DNA from: Botryllus schlosseri
Taxonomy: Eukaryota
DNA length: 64,000 nt
Assembly: GCA_051294905.1 (NCBI GenBank)
Contig: CM119371.1
Span: 26,786,001-26,850,000 of the forward strand
Direction: 5' to 3'
How positions within the stretch are numbered: position 1 is the stretch's first letter; every line of letters begins with the position of its first letter. Shown in pieces: positions 11,096 through 24,017 of the stretch. The notes under the pieces are model-generated. The model saw only the letters and a list, made by a program, of their open reading frames with translations, had not been told where the DNA came from and did not search any database. The translations under genes were made by a program, and so were the position numbers.

Positions 11096-12914
11096 ACTAG
11101 TTGTCCAAGTTTGCTACTAACGAACTTGATATAATAGTGTGAAAATTTATATCAGGTTTGCGGATTGCCTGTGTCGTACATAGCACAACAAGTCCTGAGA
11201 CAATACTATCAACTATTAAAAATCGAAAATATCTCACAGTCAAAGGGTGATTTTTTTTTCATCGAAAAACTCCATAGTCTTCTTTTTACTGTCCTATTTT
11301 TCGTTGAGGTGATACACGGCTAACGTTACGCTGTATGGACAGAAAATACGGATGGCAACATTATTGGGTAACGGAATTAACTTCACCTTGTGCCTGATAT
11401 TGCAAATTGATTATGATTGACGTGAAGAATTGAGTGTTAATTATAATTATTAGAGTCGTATAGCGAGAGATGAAATTTGAGAGAACTGAATTATCGAGTC
11501 ATATTGTTTTGACTCGAGTGCAAATCCACCTTTTTCAACTATGACCGAGTGATATGGAATAGTTTGCACTCATAATTTCATAATCTTTTCAGTCCTAACA
11601 GTTTCTGGCCTTATTTTCCAATGTAAATTCACGTAGGCCTACCTATCGCAAAGCAACGCGATGCTCAAATATTTCAAATTTTCTTCCAACTCCCAAAACG
11701 ACATTGGAAAAAACTGTACATTCTTTCATGATTCACGATGTAACAAGAAAAGGTGAATTAATTCCACCACCGGCCAAACTTCCAATTGTTTCTGATTCTC
11801 GTCCTCATTCCTTCTGTGTAACTATTATCTTGCACTTACTCAAAAAGAATTAATGCGTAAGTCGCTAAAGTTCCTAACCTAGACATGGCATTATAAAGAC
11901 TATAAGTCAAATAGGCTAACAAAAATATGACATGTTTTGAAGTACCGGTACTGGAACATGGTGTGAGGACGGTTCCGCCTTTTACATGATGTAGCAGAGA
12001 TTCATGACTTACTTTATCTAATGTATTGAAGCAAAAGGTTCCTCATTTGAGGTGGCATGTGTGTCTGAAAAATCCAGCAGTGGATGAAAACATCGCTATG
12101 CTATGGCCCGAAGATGACATTAACAAGCCAACAGTTTCCACTCCTCCGCGGCGGAGTAGGTTGTGTCACAGGTCATTATAATAAGTCGACTAATATCCCA
12201 AAATAGAACAGAGAATGCGGCGAAGTCATCCATGTGGTGTGCACAGTCGTAGATATTCACGGTAACAAATACTATGTAGTACTGCGTAGTAGATCGTTCG
12301 TGACATGGTAGGGGTACTTATGGGCCCTCTCGCACTGTGCCTCGAAACTCGTGTTGGCGCGGTAACCCTTTTGGACACACGTAACGAAGATAATTTCTGT
12401 CATGTAGATTTTGATTTCAGAGTAATAAATACAATGAATGTATAAATGTGTATACTTGTGATTCTTTTCCCGACTGTGAACAGCAGACTATTCGGTAGGT
12501 GCGAAACAGCGGTATGGAAGGTGCGAATAATCCGAACTGAAAGTCGGCGTACTATTCAGGTTACGTACGAATCAATAGACAGCGAGAAAAAGACTTGGAG
12601 TTCGAATGCGATCGGTCATTTGTCACGACTCGATATTTGAACCGTGTGAACGATCCCTATACTATAACGCTATCATTTCACCGTGCTTATATCAGCTACG
12701 TTAACATGCCTCCGCAGCCATAGGAGTAACGATATATTATGTCACCGTAAACGTTAGGGTTAACCCGAATCGTCATATGACGTGAATCGGTCATCCACAA
12801 TGATTTGGAATGTAAACTAAATAATAGCGTGACTCTTTCTATACTTGTTATTCAACACCACTTCATCAGATATCACTATACCTGCTGGTAGAGCACCATC
12901 ACACAAGAATCCGC

Positions 12915-13085
12915 GGGCGCAGTGGTGCAGTTGGTAAAACGCTGCAGTCACGACACCAATGGTTGCTGGTTCGACTCTCGGCTCTCTCGGCGACATGTTT
13001 CTATGTGTCGGAGGTTTATGTGGGCTCCTCATCCGCCGACCTCACTGCTTGTGCGGTGTCATACGAAAAGCCCAGACGGGTAGCC
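12915..13085 (+). mobile_element. tRNA-headed SINE, 3'-truncated
   Basis: A-box-like TGGTGCAGTTGG and B-box-like GGTTCGACTC; body (GGAGGTTTAT..CTCCTC..GTGTCATAC.AAAAGCCCA) shared with copies at 43.1, 47.4 and 47.7 kb. Confidence 0.65.
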
Positions 13086-13092
13086 TAATACC

Positions 13093-13138
13093 GAAATCTG
13101 TTGGGCTGTGCCCGCGCAGGTTCGAGTCCAGCCGTCAA
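13093..13138 (+). pseudogene. 3' half of a tRNA-Ser(AGA) gene
   Basis: GAAATCTGTTGGGCTGTGCCCGCGCAGGTTCGAGTCCAGCCGTCAA is near-identical to the 3' half of the Ser genes at 33783 and 39336. Confidence 0.8.
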
Positions 13139-13462
13139 AAACTGGGTGCCGAATTCGGCTTGTAGGAGTTTTTTGTATTATTTCGAATGCGAAGTTTATT
13201 ACAAAGGTTTATAATTTAATGTAGTCCTACGTTATGAAGGCTGATTGCGTAGGTATCTATGTACTATAGCTGCTTTAGAGTATAATATATCGTCATAAGA
13301 CGTACAGTTTCCGTAAAATTCTCACGAGTGACAGAGCTACATATCTTCGGCAATATCTTTGATAGGGTCATAGTCAAGAAATTATTTGTGATGAAATAGC
13401 CAGTGCAACGTCTCATCGGGTTCACGTTTGCACTTACACTTTTAGCGGCTCTCATCACCATT

Positions 13463-13556
13463 ACTCCAGTGCTCCAGCAGTCGGTTAGCGCGCCGTGCTC
13501 ATACCGCAGATACGGATACATTAGGAGATTGCGAGTTCCTAGCCTCGCCTGGAGCA
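13463..13556 (+). pseudogene. Degenerate intron-containing tRNA-Ile(TAT) copy; anticodon now reads CAT
   Basis: TCGGTTAGCGCGCCGTGCTCATA...GAGTTCCTAGCCTCGCCTGGAGCA matches the Ile genes, but the 5' end, anticodon stem and T loop are damaged. Confidence 0.75.
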
Positions 13557-14183
13557 ATATTTTGCACTTATTTATGTAGCTGTTAAACTTGGGCGCAATG
13601 GAACCACAAACACCTGATCCCGCATTCTTGTATACCCAAATTGCATAGGTGCTAAAAGTCCTTTGACGTTGTTTCCATTAACATAAATATTGAGGTATGT
13701 ATGCATGAACGCGCATATTTCGATTCAACACCCTTCCGACACGCAAAGTCTGGAAACTTTTCAGAAGTCGTAAATGAGTTTCTATAGACACGATCACGTA
13801 ATAGCCTGCAGTTCCCTGCATAGCGTTAACGTTGAGTATATTTTTCCACCGCTCCAATGGAATTTCACTTGGGGTAACGTAGAAAAGGGGTAACGTATCT
13901 TGGGATGGGGAAAACAGGACACGTTAATCAAACTACAAAAGTTAGTTTACTTTACTTCAATTTAAATAGCTGATTTTGAAATATTTACTGGAAATCTAAA
14001 TCTTGTTGTGTTGCCTAAAGAAAAGGTCATCTCACCGATTCGACTCGCTAATTACCCGCTCTAACGTCCGTATTGGGTAACTCCTCCTATAGGAGGACAT
14101 GTGATAACCCTGCTACAGAACGAAGATTAGTACTTGAAATGATAGCAATTTTGGGGGTATAGTGGACCGTGTTGGGACCGTAA

Positions 14184-14256
14184 GCCGCTATAGCTCAGTG
14201 GTTAGAGCACTGGTCTTGTAAACCAGGGGTCGTGAGTTCAATCCTCACTGGTGGCT
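14184..14256 (+). tRNA. tRNA-Thr(TGT)
   Basis: 73-nt cloverleaf; anticodon arm CTGGT-CTTGTAA-ACCAG; A and B boxes intact. Confidence 0.93.
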
Positions 14257-14647
14257 CAGAATCTATGCTGCCGTTAGTAATGTTATTTATAGTTGGATAG
14301 CTGGTATATATATATATAGGTTTAAGCTTCGGAGAAATTTTCACTGTTTCTAATGATACCCGCTTCTATTATGCAACATAATGGAATGTAATCAACAACT
14401 GCGCTATGAGCTGGTATTTTCGGCATGTATTTGTAAATCTGACAGTAACGGGCCAATCAACCATGAATCTCACTCTCACAGCAAGTCAACTGCCATGAAC
14501 TTTATTTGAATAAACCGATATTAGAACCTAAAATGGACATACATTCAGGGATGTGCTTGGTAAACCTCATTGGATACTCGAAATGACAAAAAAACGATAG
14601 CTTATTAATTTGTAGTGGCAATATGCTTATTCGAATACCACCGCCTC

Positions 14648-14739
14648 CCTTCGATAGCTCAGTTGGTAGAGCGGTGGACTGTAAAGTAGTTGGCGCTGAT
14701 ATCCATCATAGGTCGCTGGTTCGTTTCCGGCTCGAAAGA
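14648..14739 (+). tRNA. Intron-containing tRNA-Tyr(GTA), possibly a pseudogene
   Basis: CCTTCGATAGCTCAGTTGGTAGAGCGGTGGACTGTA, ~16-nt intron, ATCCAT..GGTCGCTGGTTCG..CCGGCTCGAAAGA, then a T-run. Has an extra CAT after the anticodon stem and one acceptor-stem mismatch. Confidence 0.65.
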
Positions 14740-14913
14740 GTTTTTATTCTTTCGAATGCGAAATTTATGACTAATATTAAAAAATAAATATAACAAGGAC
14801 ACAACGGCAAGACAACAACAAAAAGTTGATTATTCTTAGTTGATAATATTTGTTGTTCTCGATTACATACGTAGGCCTATATTCTACGCAGTTTTGACTG
14901 CAAGAATCAGCGT

Positions 14914-14997
14914 CCTGCGATAGCTCAGTTAGCAGGCCGGTGGACTGTAGTGCCGTTAACGTTCAATACCTAGCTGGTTCGAATCCGGCTCGAAGGA
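14914..14997 (+). pseudogene. tRNA-Tyr(GTA) pseudogene
   Basis: GATAGCTCAGTT..GGTGGACTGTAG..GCTGGTTCGAATCCGGCTCGAAGGA; the 3' anticodon-stem strand is missing. Confidence 0.8.
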
Positions 14998-15040
14998 ATA
15001 CTGTTTTGTTTCGATGAATCTTCACTGCTATATATGTACA

Positions 15041-15127
15041 AGCGACCTTTTGCCGGACCAGTGCTCTATGGATATCGAAATTAACGGACTGCAGTCCACC
15101 GCACTACCAACTATGAGCTATCGAAGA
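15041..15127 (-). pseudogene. tRNA-Tyr-derived pseudogene; anticodon reads GCA
   Basis: Minus strand TCTTCGATAGCTCATAGTTGGTAGTGCGGTGGACTGCAG..ATCCATAG; T arm lost. Confidence 0.75.
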
Positions 15128-15262
15128 ACTTTGATTATCACATCCAAAATCGCTCATGCTCAAATAGACAGAATTAAGCTTTACAAACAAATGCAGCGAT
15201 GAATATAAAAATACTGATAACTCCCAAGAGCCGGATTCGCACAGATTAGTTATGGATATGAG

Positions 15263-16158
15263 CAGAGCCGTAACAGCACTTCGCCCCCCCAAAAAAACAT
15301 TGGTCTTGCCCCCCCCCCCCCCCCATATGGTGATAAACCGAACGTCGCGGGATCTTCGCTGTTTATCGCTACTTATAATCTACATTGGGGGGCGTTTAGT
15401 GAGTCAGCATTTCTCGCCCAAACGCGCGAAGCGCGAAAATATTCTATAATTCATGATTCAATAGGTTAATATGATCGGGAATTGTACATATATATTGATA
15501 TCAATCTCTTGTCGTCTCTGTCGCGCGTAATCAGATTTACCGATAGAGCTGAGTGAGGTGTCTTGGAAACTGTAGGACCGGTTTATGACTCCGTAACATG
15601 ATGTTATTTCGTGACCTTCTGTCTGCTACATCAAAAAATAGAGAATCGCCCAAACGTAGGCTACTAAACTAAAAGATACACACGATTTCAAACTGGTATT
15701 TCTTCACTGCTGGTATATAATTTTTTCCTGCGGGATGGTATTGGTTTTGTGAGGTTCAGATTGCCTAGACAGTATTTTGTATGTATAACGAAGTGTTCGG
15801 TCAGCATAAGGGCAGTTCTTTTCGGCCAAGGTTTTCTCGCTGCCAATCATTCTGGCACACTTCTTGGAGTCGCATGTTACATGGCCTAAAACTTTATGTG
15901 ACGTGGCGCGGTAATGGCCACCGCCGATATGCCCATTTCTATAATTCTTGCGTATTTTTTCTTGGAGGAAGAGTACACAAAAATCACGATATTCGGCAAC
16001 TTGAAATCGCGCGATGCGAGAAAAAAAAATTGATAAAGTTGCGTAGATTTTCAAAAGAGACTCTATCATTTATGCTAATTCACGAAATAATTTTGGGCCC
16101 CCTTCGAGTTCGCCCCCCCCCCAATTGGAGGTTTCGGGGTGCGTCAGTTACGGTCCTG
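15263..16158. mobile_element. Non-autonomous hAT element
   Basis: TIRs CAGAGCCGTAAC / GTTACGGTCCTG; exact 8-bp TSD GATATGAG; C-rich subterminal motifs. Confidence 0.88.
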
Positions 16159-19100
16159 GATATGAGCTTTACCATCACTATAGTTGAACAATTCGCCAAC
16201 TGAGCAGTCGAACGTCGTTGATCACATAATCCTACGTTCCTCAGTATAACGATTCAAGTATCACACCTACTATCCAAAATCTATATTCATAGCTATGACT
16301 ATTGGAGACGAATCATCATCATTCTGATAATGGATTTATATTTGAACCACTCCGATCTACTCTCTTACATTCCGTGCCATTCTTAGTCCGGTATATTTTC
16401 TTGAAAATTCACCGGGACATTCCATATTTTCCATTCAATTCTTAATGTAAAAAAAAATCGTTTCTACAAGACACATGACGTTTCATTACTAATTAAACTA
16501 ATCACCTCGCGACAGTGAAAAGATTGATATCTCGCCGTGTTTTCATCGTACGCGAGATTTCTTCTGAAATTCCTTAAACGACATTGGTCGCATCAGTCGA
16601 TGGCGTTTGTAAAGCAGGCAAATTCCGTAAGCGAAGCAACTCACTCCGGGCACTGTCCCAAGCACACCCCAAAATGCGGTGATACATCCGTCCGCATCGT
16701 CAGGCAATGCGTGCGATGCGCAGATGACGAGTGGCACCCAGGTAATGAGTAACACGATGGTACCGATGAAAAACGAGCATGCCGCTTGCTCAGTGAATTC
16801 TGAAATTGTAAAATATATAAAATTGGTACCAAGATGCATGAAAGATGTGGACAAACCGTTAATCATATTATAGGCCACTGGTGCTAAACCATTTCAAGCA
16901 ACAGAGTTGTAAAGTAAAAACTAACATTACGGGCGGAGATGATAAAGTTGGATAAGTAATAAATTCGATAATCACGTTCGTTAGGATTTATCAATCCAGG
17001 ATTAAGGAGACTGCATGGTTGATCGCAGCGCATAAAGTTAGTGCTAATCTCATGATTTAACATACCGGAACAAACTGAAGTTAACTAGTTATAAATAAAA
17101 ACTGCGTACACTGAGTACCGTTCCTACGCACAAATATTTCCCATAATGACCGTACCGACTGTCTCCTAGGTAATGACTTCACTATACAATCAGCGAATTA
17201 TGTACCCGCCATTGCAGAGCGATATCAATATTCTGTAATCCGTTTCTTAGCTGTGCCGTGCGAATTGGACACGACTTTCATTTCGCGATGATGATAATTG
17301 CATAATTCTCGCTAATGCAGTGGCAGTATTGTTATCAGCAGACTGCTGTTTCATTCAACAAATTGACAACTGACAGCCTATAACTCGTTGTCGAATTATG
17401 ACGCAACAGATAACGCCACTTGATTGAGAACTCGGAAAGCCTCCTCTAACCATCACGCGTAACCTTTTTCAACTTATGCCTCGCCATTAGCAGTATTTAA
17501 TCACACGATTAGCATTCTTCCGGATCTGCTAACTTTATTATATCCGCCCTAAAATATGATTTTCATGCAAAACGGAAACATTATAATGAGAAATTATTTC
17601 AAACTAGTGATAATTCCGCTATTCCCTTTAAGATACCAGTTCAGAAATGCGATGCTCATCTTGGCAGGTGTTATCGTTGCGCGATCTCGAAACACAGCAG
17701 CGTGCAATCAATTGCCGAACTACAAATGAGGTTACAGATATTGGAGATGGAATTCGTATTTCATAAGGACGGGGGTCCTATTTCGAACCACAACCCCTCC
17801 TGTTGTTGTTGTTGTTGATGATGTTGTTGTTTCTGGTAGTCGTGGTGTTTGTTGACTATTATGGTCATTTACACTAAGCTAATTTTCTTCTTTTAATTCC
17901 GTAACGACCGGAACATAAAAGCTTCCGACAAACTCTCAGTTGTGGACGTTACCATATAGGGCTACAGGGTGGCATTTAAATCAAAAATCAATTTAAAGAT
18001 ACATGTTTAAAAAAAGTTTTGTTTTGTATTGTGTAAAACTTGTTTACAATATTTATTTTTTAATTATTTAAAGCCATGGCGTCATGAATATTCAAGTGTG
18101 ACGTCATAGTTGATTTACATTTATAATTGAAAATATAGGGTAAATATAGCTCCTTTGACGAAATATCTGTACTATTTCTGATGAACCGACTATTTTGAGG
18201 GTTTCAACCATCCCATACGATATGTGTCGGCTATATCGGGTGGTAATTGTCTGCAGGCTCATACAACATGTTTTTTGGAAAGTATTTACACAATTAGAGC
18301 TTAATTTCACAACTTAAAATAACGTAATTGTTTTTAATATGTATTTGTATAAGACAGTGCTTAAATGTGTTTTGAACAAAGTGTTATAAAACATCGTTCG
18401 TTATAAATTCAACCCTACCCAGGGCTGTGTAAATTCGACCCGAGGTTTTCGACACTAAATCGAGATTAGGCTTTGAGTCGAGTTGATTATTGGAATATCG
18501 CTCATTATGACGACACAGCAATATGAATGAAGGGGTAAGTTTGTTTGTTATGTACCTTTTGAGCGACCATAAATTATATAATGACAGTTGTAGATTATTT
18601 GTACCAATGTTGTGTACGGATCTCGAATTAACAGACATATGATTTCCAAGAACGTGTGTATATCTTTGCTACACGTTTCTTATGCTGCAAAACGTTCAAT
18701 TGAGGTTCGCAACCTTCCACGGTGGAAAATAGTATCGTATCTATTATTCATTGTGATAAATTAATTTTTTGGACAGGGGTTCTTAAAGCATGGGTCGTGA
18801 AGGGTATAAATTTGGGTCGCCATCCACCCTAACCGATTGCTAAATTACGAGCAACAACAAACTTTCTTCGCACGTGGCGCGATATCCCGTGCTTGATTTA
18901 TACTCATACAAAGTCACTCTGTTCAGTACAATAGCAAATAAGCGAGACATGCAGAGAAGTCATTACTGCAATGGAGATATCATGAAAATGTGCCGACCTT
19001 CGTATTACACAAATCGGTTTGATATACTGATAAGATTTGTCTGACATTGGTTTGTTTGGGAAGGTCTAACTTGCGCAAGTAATACTAGGGCCGGGTACAG

Positions 19101-19439
19101 GTAGGGGAAGAGCTCGTTCGTAACTGCCGCACCCTGTCTTTTGTTGCATACGCATAACCTAATGAAAGAACTTTATTCGCAATTGTGAATGGGCAGAATA
19201 TTTCTAGTATTGCTTAACGCCACCGGAGACCGTTGGGTTTGTTCAAACTAGGGCGATGCAATGCTATTTTGAGGCTGCCCTTTCCGTCCGCTCCCGGTTG
19301 CGTTTCGGCCTACTTGCGGCTGCAGCCGACATGCGGTGCGACAAACGCTGGATAAATGCGATAAAACCTTGACCCACAATGACCGTTGCTGGTTTGCCAA
19401 AACTTTCCATATTGATATGTCCCGGTCCTTGAAATGGTG

Positions 19440-19874
19440 GGCACCGAATAGTTTGGGTTATCATGCGTCCGCTTTTAAAGGGATTTGTCCTCTTTTTTTA
19501 CTTTTTTCAATGTGCTCTCGGAGGACGCCCAAATGCCCTCTTTTGTATTTTAATTTGTCCTCTTTTTTGACAATTTTGGCTAAATATAGATAGAAATTCG
19601 ACTGAGATATAGGAAAACACTACGGAAGTAACGTCCTGGCGGGCATTTCGGGAGATGGGCCGGAAAGTTGACCTATTTTTTTAGTCAACCTGCAGAAAAT
19701 CTCATAGGAAAACGGTAATTCGGGATTTGAGCGGGAAGTATGACTTTCTGTCTAGTCAACCGACCACAGAGTCGGGAAAAATTTTCCATTTTTCTGGATT
19801 TTACTCCAGTATTTTAACTTTGAAAATTTTGAAAAAGTGTTCTCTTTTCAGATTTCCAAAATATGGTAACCCTA
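19440..19874. mobile_element. Partial non-autonomous DNA-transposon-like fragment
   Basis: Repeated TGTCCTCTTTTT motifs and a terminus-like CCAAAATATGGTAACCCTA; the other end was not identified. Confidence 0.35.
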
Positions 19875-21081
19875 CGGATAGTCTCGTCCTTGCAATGTGA
19901 CCCCCGCAGTAAAAATGTGACCCAAAGATGAAATAACATACCACGATTTGAAATCGCGTGCGTCACACATGTTTTATAGAACTGCATTGCGTACAACTGG
20001 TTGTCTTCGCCTTCTCTGTATTATAAATGTCAGTAAATACGTAGCATACTGACAATAAAAATGCACTCATGTCGATGCGTGAGGCTTGGTTCGCGAGATG
20101 AAATAAAACTCAGAATCATGTCTTATTACTTGGCTCCAATCATTTGAATTTACACGTGATTTAGATTCGAAAACTGAAATCATTGTGCCCAGCCCCACAC
20201 AAGTATAATACGAACCATATATAACCAATGTCAATTTTAAATAGACTTACTGCTTTCTTCCTCGTGTGTTTCGTCGTCATAACTTGCCGTGGACCAAGTA
20301 CCAGTTTTGGGAAACTTGACGGAGTTTTGAGATGACCTATGAATTCCTTGAGATTCGCTCCGGTTAATAGCGTAATCAGTTCCAGGAACAACGAATTCCT
20401 TTAAGATGTTTCCCGCGGTCGACTCAAATTTCTGTTGCAACAGTGTTGCATTGTGTCTATTTCGTCTCCCGGCTTGTTCAAAGGATGGAGCCTCCCTATG
20501 TTTTAGGTCTGAAATACAGAGCATAAATTGACCGAATACCAACTTATATTATATAATTGGCTTTACTTACAGCGACGAAAAGCCGAAACTGGAATGGGTG
20601 TACGAATCATGATAATTTATAAAACGTATGACGTGTTTCAACACCGATCATACCAAGCGACACAGTGATTTGAATAAATACATTCAGCATACCAGAAATA
20701 TAATTTGCTGATTTCGAATTTCCATTCTTGTTATTTGCTATGTCTATGGACAAAGTTTTTGTTACGTGACTATGATCACTTACCTTTCGTCTCACACTCC
20801 GTATACATATGGCAACTGTTTCCCGCTTTCCGGCGTTCGGAACAGGAATTTTCGTAATCTGAAAACAAACGTGCATGCGTCGCAAGCGAATCTAATTTGC
20901 GTAAGATCAATTTTTTGAATGTAGGAGATATATCCAAACCATTTCTTTCTCGAGGCACCCTCCGAAAGGTAAAAATAGTTCCCGTCACACTACAGCACTT
21001 CAATTAAATTGAGTGAAACGTGCGAGAAGTTTACGACTTAAATGAAAGGTCGTCAACGCGGGTCTGCATCTCTGTATAGGC

Positions 21082-21833
21082 CAGGGGTGGCCAACCTTTT
21101 TGCCATTGACGGTCGCATATCGACTACTGATGTCGCCTACGGCCGCATTCCAGGGCATATAGTCGTAACGAACTAGCTGAACGCCAAATACCCATGTTAA
21201 AGTGTCTGCGGCCATTTCCGGTGAACTCCGGACTAAGCTATTTTACCTTTTAGGCTTACAATACGCACCAAAGTCGCGAGTGGAGAGTGCGTAGTCATGC
21301 TGCAGGACTGACCATAGTCGCGCGAAGCGCGAAAATTTTTTCAGTTTCACCAATGAATTTCGTCATTAATATTAGTAGTCTATATATTACTATCTAACCT
21401 TTATCCTTTCTTAGCCCATGCGACCAGATTCACTGGTAAAGTTGATGGAGGTGGTGTTTTCTAAAATTCAAGGCAAGTTATAAATGATGGGCTAATTGTT
21501 ATTAGTCACTTTGTTTCATGCCGATATTTCTTGACCTACATTCAGGATTGTTGGTATAGTGAGGATTGCGAGTTTGTATTTCAATGTGGGGTGAATCTGT
21601 ACTGTGGGCGCTGATTGGAAAGGGTGGTACTATATATTAAAATACAAAAATGAAGTTTCATTGAATCGCGCGCAGCGCGTAGAAAATTTCAACGTCAGTT
21701 AAAATCTCTCAAGAAATCGGGAGTAAATTCGTAAATTTAAAGTGCATATCGACGGCCGCCAACACACACTAATTAAATTACGCGTTCACTGCCGCACAAA
21801 TTTCCTTCTAAGGCCGCAGGCTGGCCACCCCTG
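21082..21833. mobile_element. hAT (Charlie-like) non-autonomous element
   Basis: TIRs CAGGGGTGGCCA / TGGCCACCCCTG; exact 8-bp TSD GTATAGGC. Confidence 0.92.
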
Positions 21834-23972
21834 GTATAGGCCATGTCATCATTCAGATACTGATGTTGATGGTAAGAACAAAAGGTCAGAACTTGGGGCA
21901 TCGTTCCCGGATTATATGTCTTCCGCCATCAGCATCTGGCTGCTGATATGACGTTTTGGGATGTAAGTCCCAGACTTACAATTGATGATTTTTTTAGACA
22001 TAAGTAAGTCGATTTTTTGACCTGTCAAAGTAACTCAAATTTTCTCAAATTGAAGCGTTTGGTAAAAAAAATTGTATACCAAGTAAAACAATTTTTGACC
22101 CCTCCATTTGTATTGTAGATTTTGCATTGGCGATGAACTTATCATTTGATATTTTGCAGCTTGTAGCCTACTTTATAGGCCTACCGTTTTAGACAGCCCA
22201 TTGTCTGCTCATTGTGAATCATAAACGGTCAAATGAAACAATCAGGTTGACATGGTGTTATGCTCAACGTGCCGCAGTATGCTAACTAAGCAAGAATGCT
22301 TAAGCAATGCATGGTTCTTATATCACGAAGCGCGTGATGAAAAATTGTGATGTAGACAACGTTGTCAGAATAAAGCAACACGGTGTGTCATCAGCAGTGT
22401 ACGCACAACTTCTGAGTTGTCACCAACAATTACTGCTGTTGAACGTCTTTCTTGGCACTTTCTACCCGAGAATGTAGGAAAGTATCTTTCGTTGTCCTAC
22501 AAAAATTTTTAATTATTTTCGCCAGCATAATACGAGGTTTAACTACGGGCTGAAAACCATTTTTTTTTTATATCTTTTCCTTAGTTCAGAATTATCAGTA
22601 AGCAGTAGCGTGTATAGCTGGATTCTCATCGTATGAAAATTGTCAAGGTTCACTTTTCAAAATGCTGAAATATCAAGTAACATTCGAATATCCCAACTAA
22701 GTGCATTGAGCCTTCACCAATAAACCTGTATAATAACGAAATGTCTTGGATATGATTGGAGACTGTTGTTTATTTCCAATAACGTTACCTATAGGAGTCC
22801 TTTTATCACTCGCATTGTCATTGTCAGCGCTGTTTGTTCCGTTCAGACACTCGGTGAGATCTCGGTAGTTATTGGAAGAATGTAGGTCACTAGGCCAAGA
22901 GTATCTATATCTCGATCGATTTGCAACCAGCCCGCATGATCTTGGTTTATAATTAAACGAAGAATCGCAAGACATGTCCAACTAATGAAAGTAATAGTAA
23001 CTTAACCATCAGAATAAGTCTCGGTTCTGAGGCTATCACTTCCCACTGTATCAAGAACGGACGTGAGCTACCTAACATATCTACTCAATGGGCCAATAGT
23101 TGCTGCTGACGCGAATAACAATTTGCAAAGGGCTGATCGATAGTATACGTACATGAGTCAGTCAGCGGTTGATATCGAATCAATTTTCGATAATCACCGC
23201 GTCTCAGCCCAAGAAAATTAATTTGTAAGAACTTCACAGCTGCACCCGCTGTTAACGTTTTCCCGCGAAGTAGTTTCTATTACATTGTACTTCAACGCGC
23301 ACTGTCTGCAAGGCTAATATCTGCATTTTCGCCTAGCCATCAAAACTTTACCGAAAAACGGACATATAAATTTATCTGACCTTCTTTAGTCACTTCAACA
23401 TTTGAATCTAGTTCGCACATTGCATTTACATTGCAACCTATTGTTCAACTGTCATCCATACGTTACACAGAACTGTCAATGTGAGCTGTCAATGAGCAGA
23501 TCCGTTGATAACTACGTGTGAATAGTATTACTGATGATCTGTCAACAACCGTTAATATGCCAATGCCATATCAAACATTGAAACGTCAGTCAGAGTTGAA
23601 ACCACAATCACTTCAGTTAGGAAGTCGAGGCTCCCAACCGATCAATACCAGCACGTCAATCATCGTGGTTACTGGAGTATTATCTTTAACCGTACAACAC
23701 ACGTGATGTATACAATGCCATAAAACAGATATTATGCGACATTAACAGAAAGGAGGATGACGAAGCGATATGTTTGGCCTCCCAATTCAACAACTACCTC
23801 GGCAATATGGTAAATACTAGAATTCGGAGGTAGTCGGTCCATAAAGTAGACTATTTCTGTTATTCAGAAGTATTCAATACGGTTTTGTATATCTACTTAA
23901 GTGATTATAATAATAGAATACTTCCCCCTGCTTCAACAACTGCTAGGCAAAACTGCTTAGTCTCTAAAATTC

Positions 23973-23975
<3 letters not shown>

Positions 23976-24015
<40 letters not shown>
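23976..24015. repeat. (GA)20 microsatellite
   Basis: Direct reading. Confidence 0.98.

Positions 24016-24017
<2 letters not shown>

Noticed and set aside
13463..13556. Functional Ile-body tRNA with a CAT anticodon (also the Tyr-body GCA copy at 15041-15127) as miscoding tRNAs
   Set aside because: Both have broken arms or B boxes; the anticodon changes fit neutral decay.
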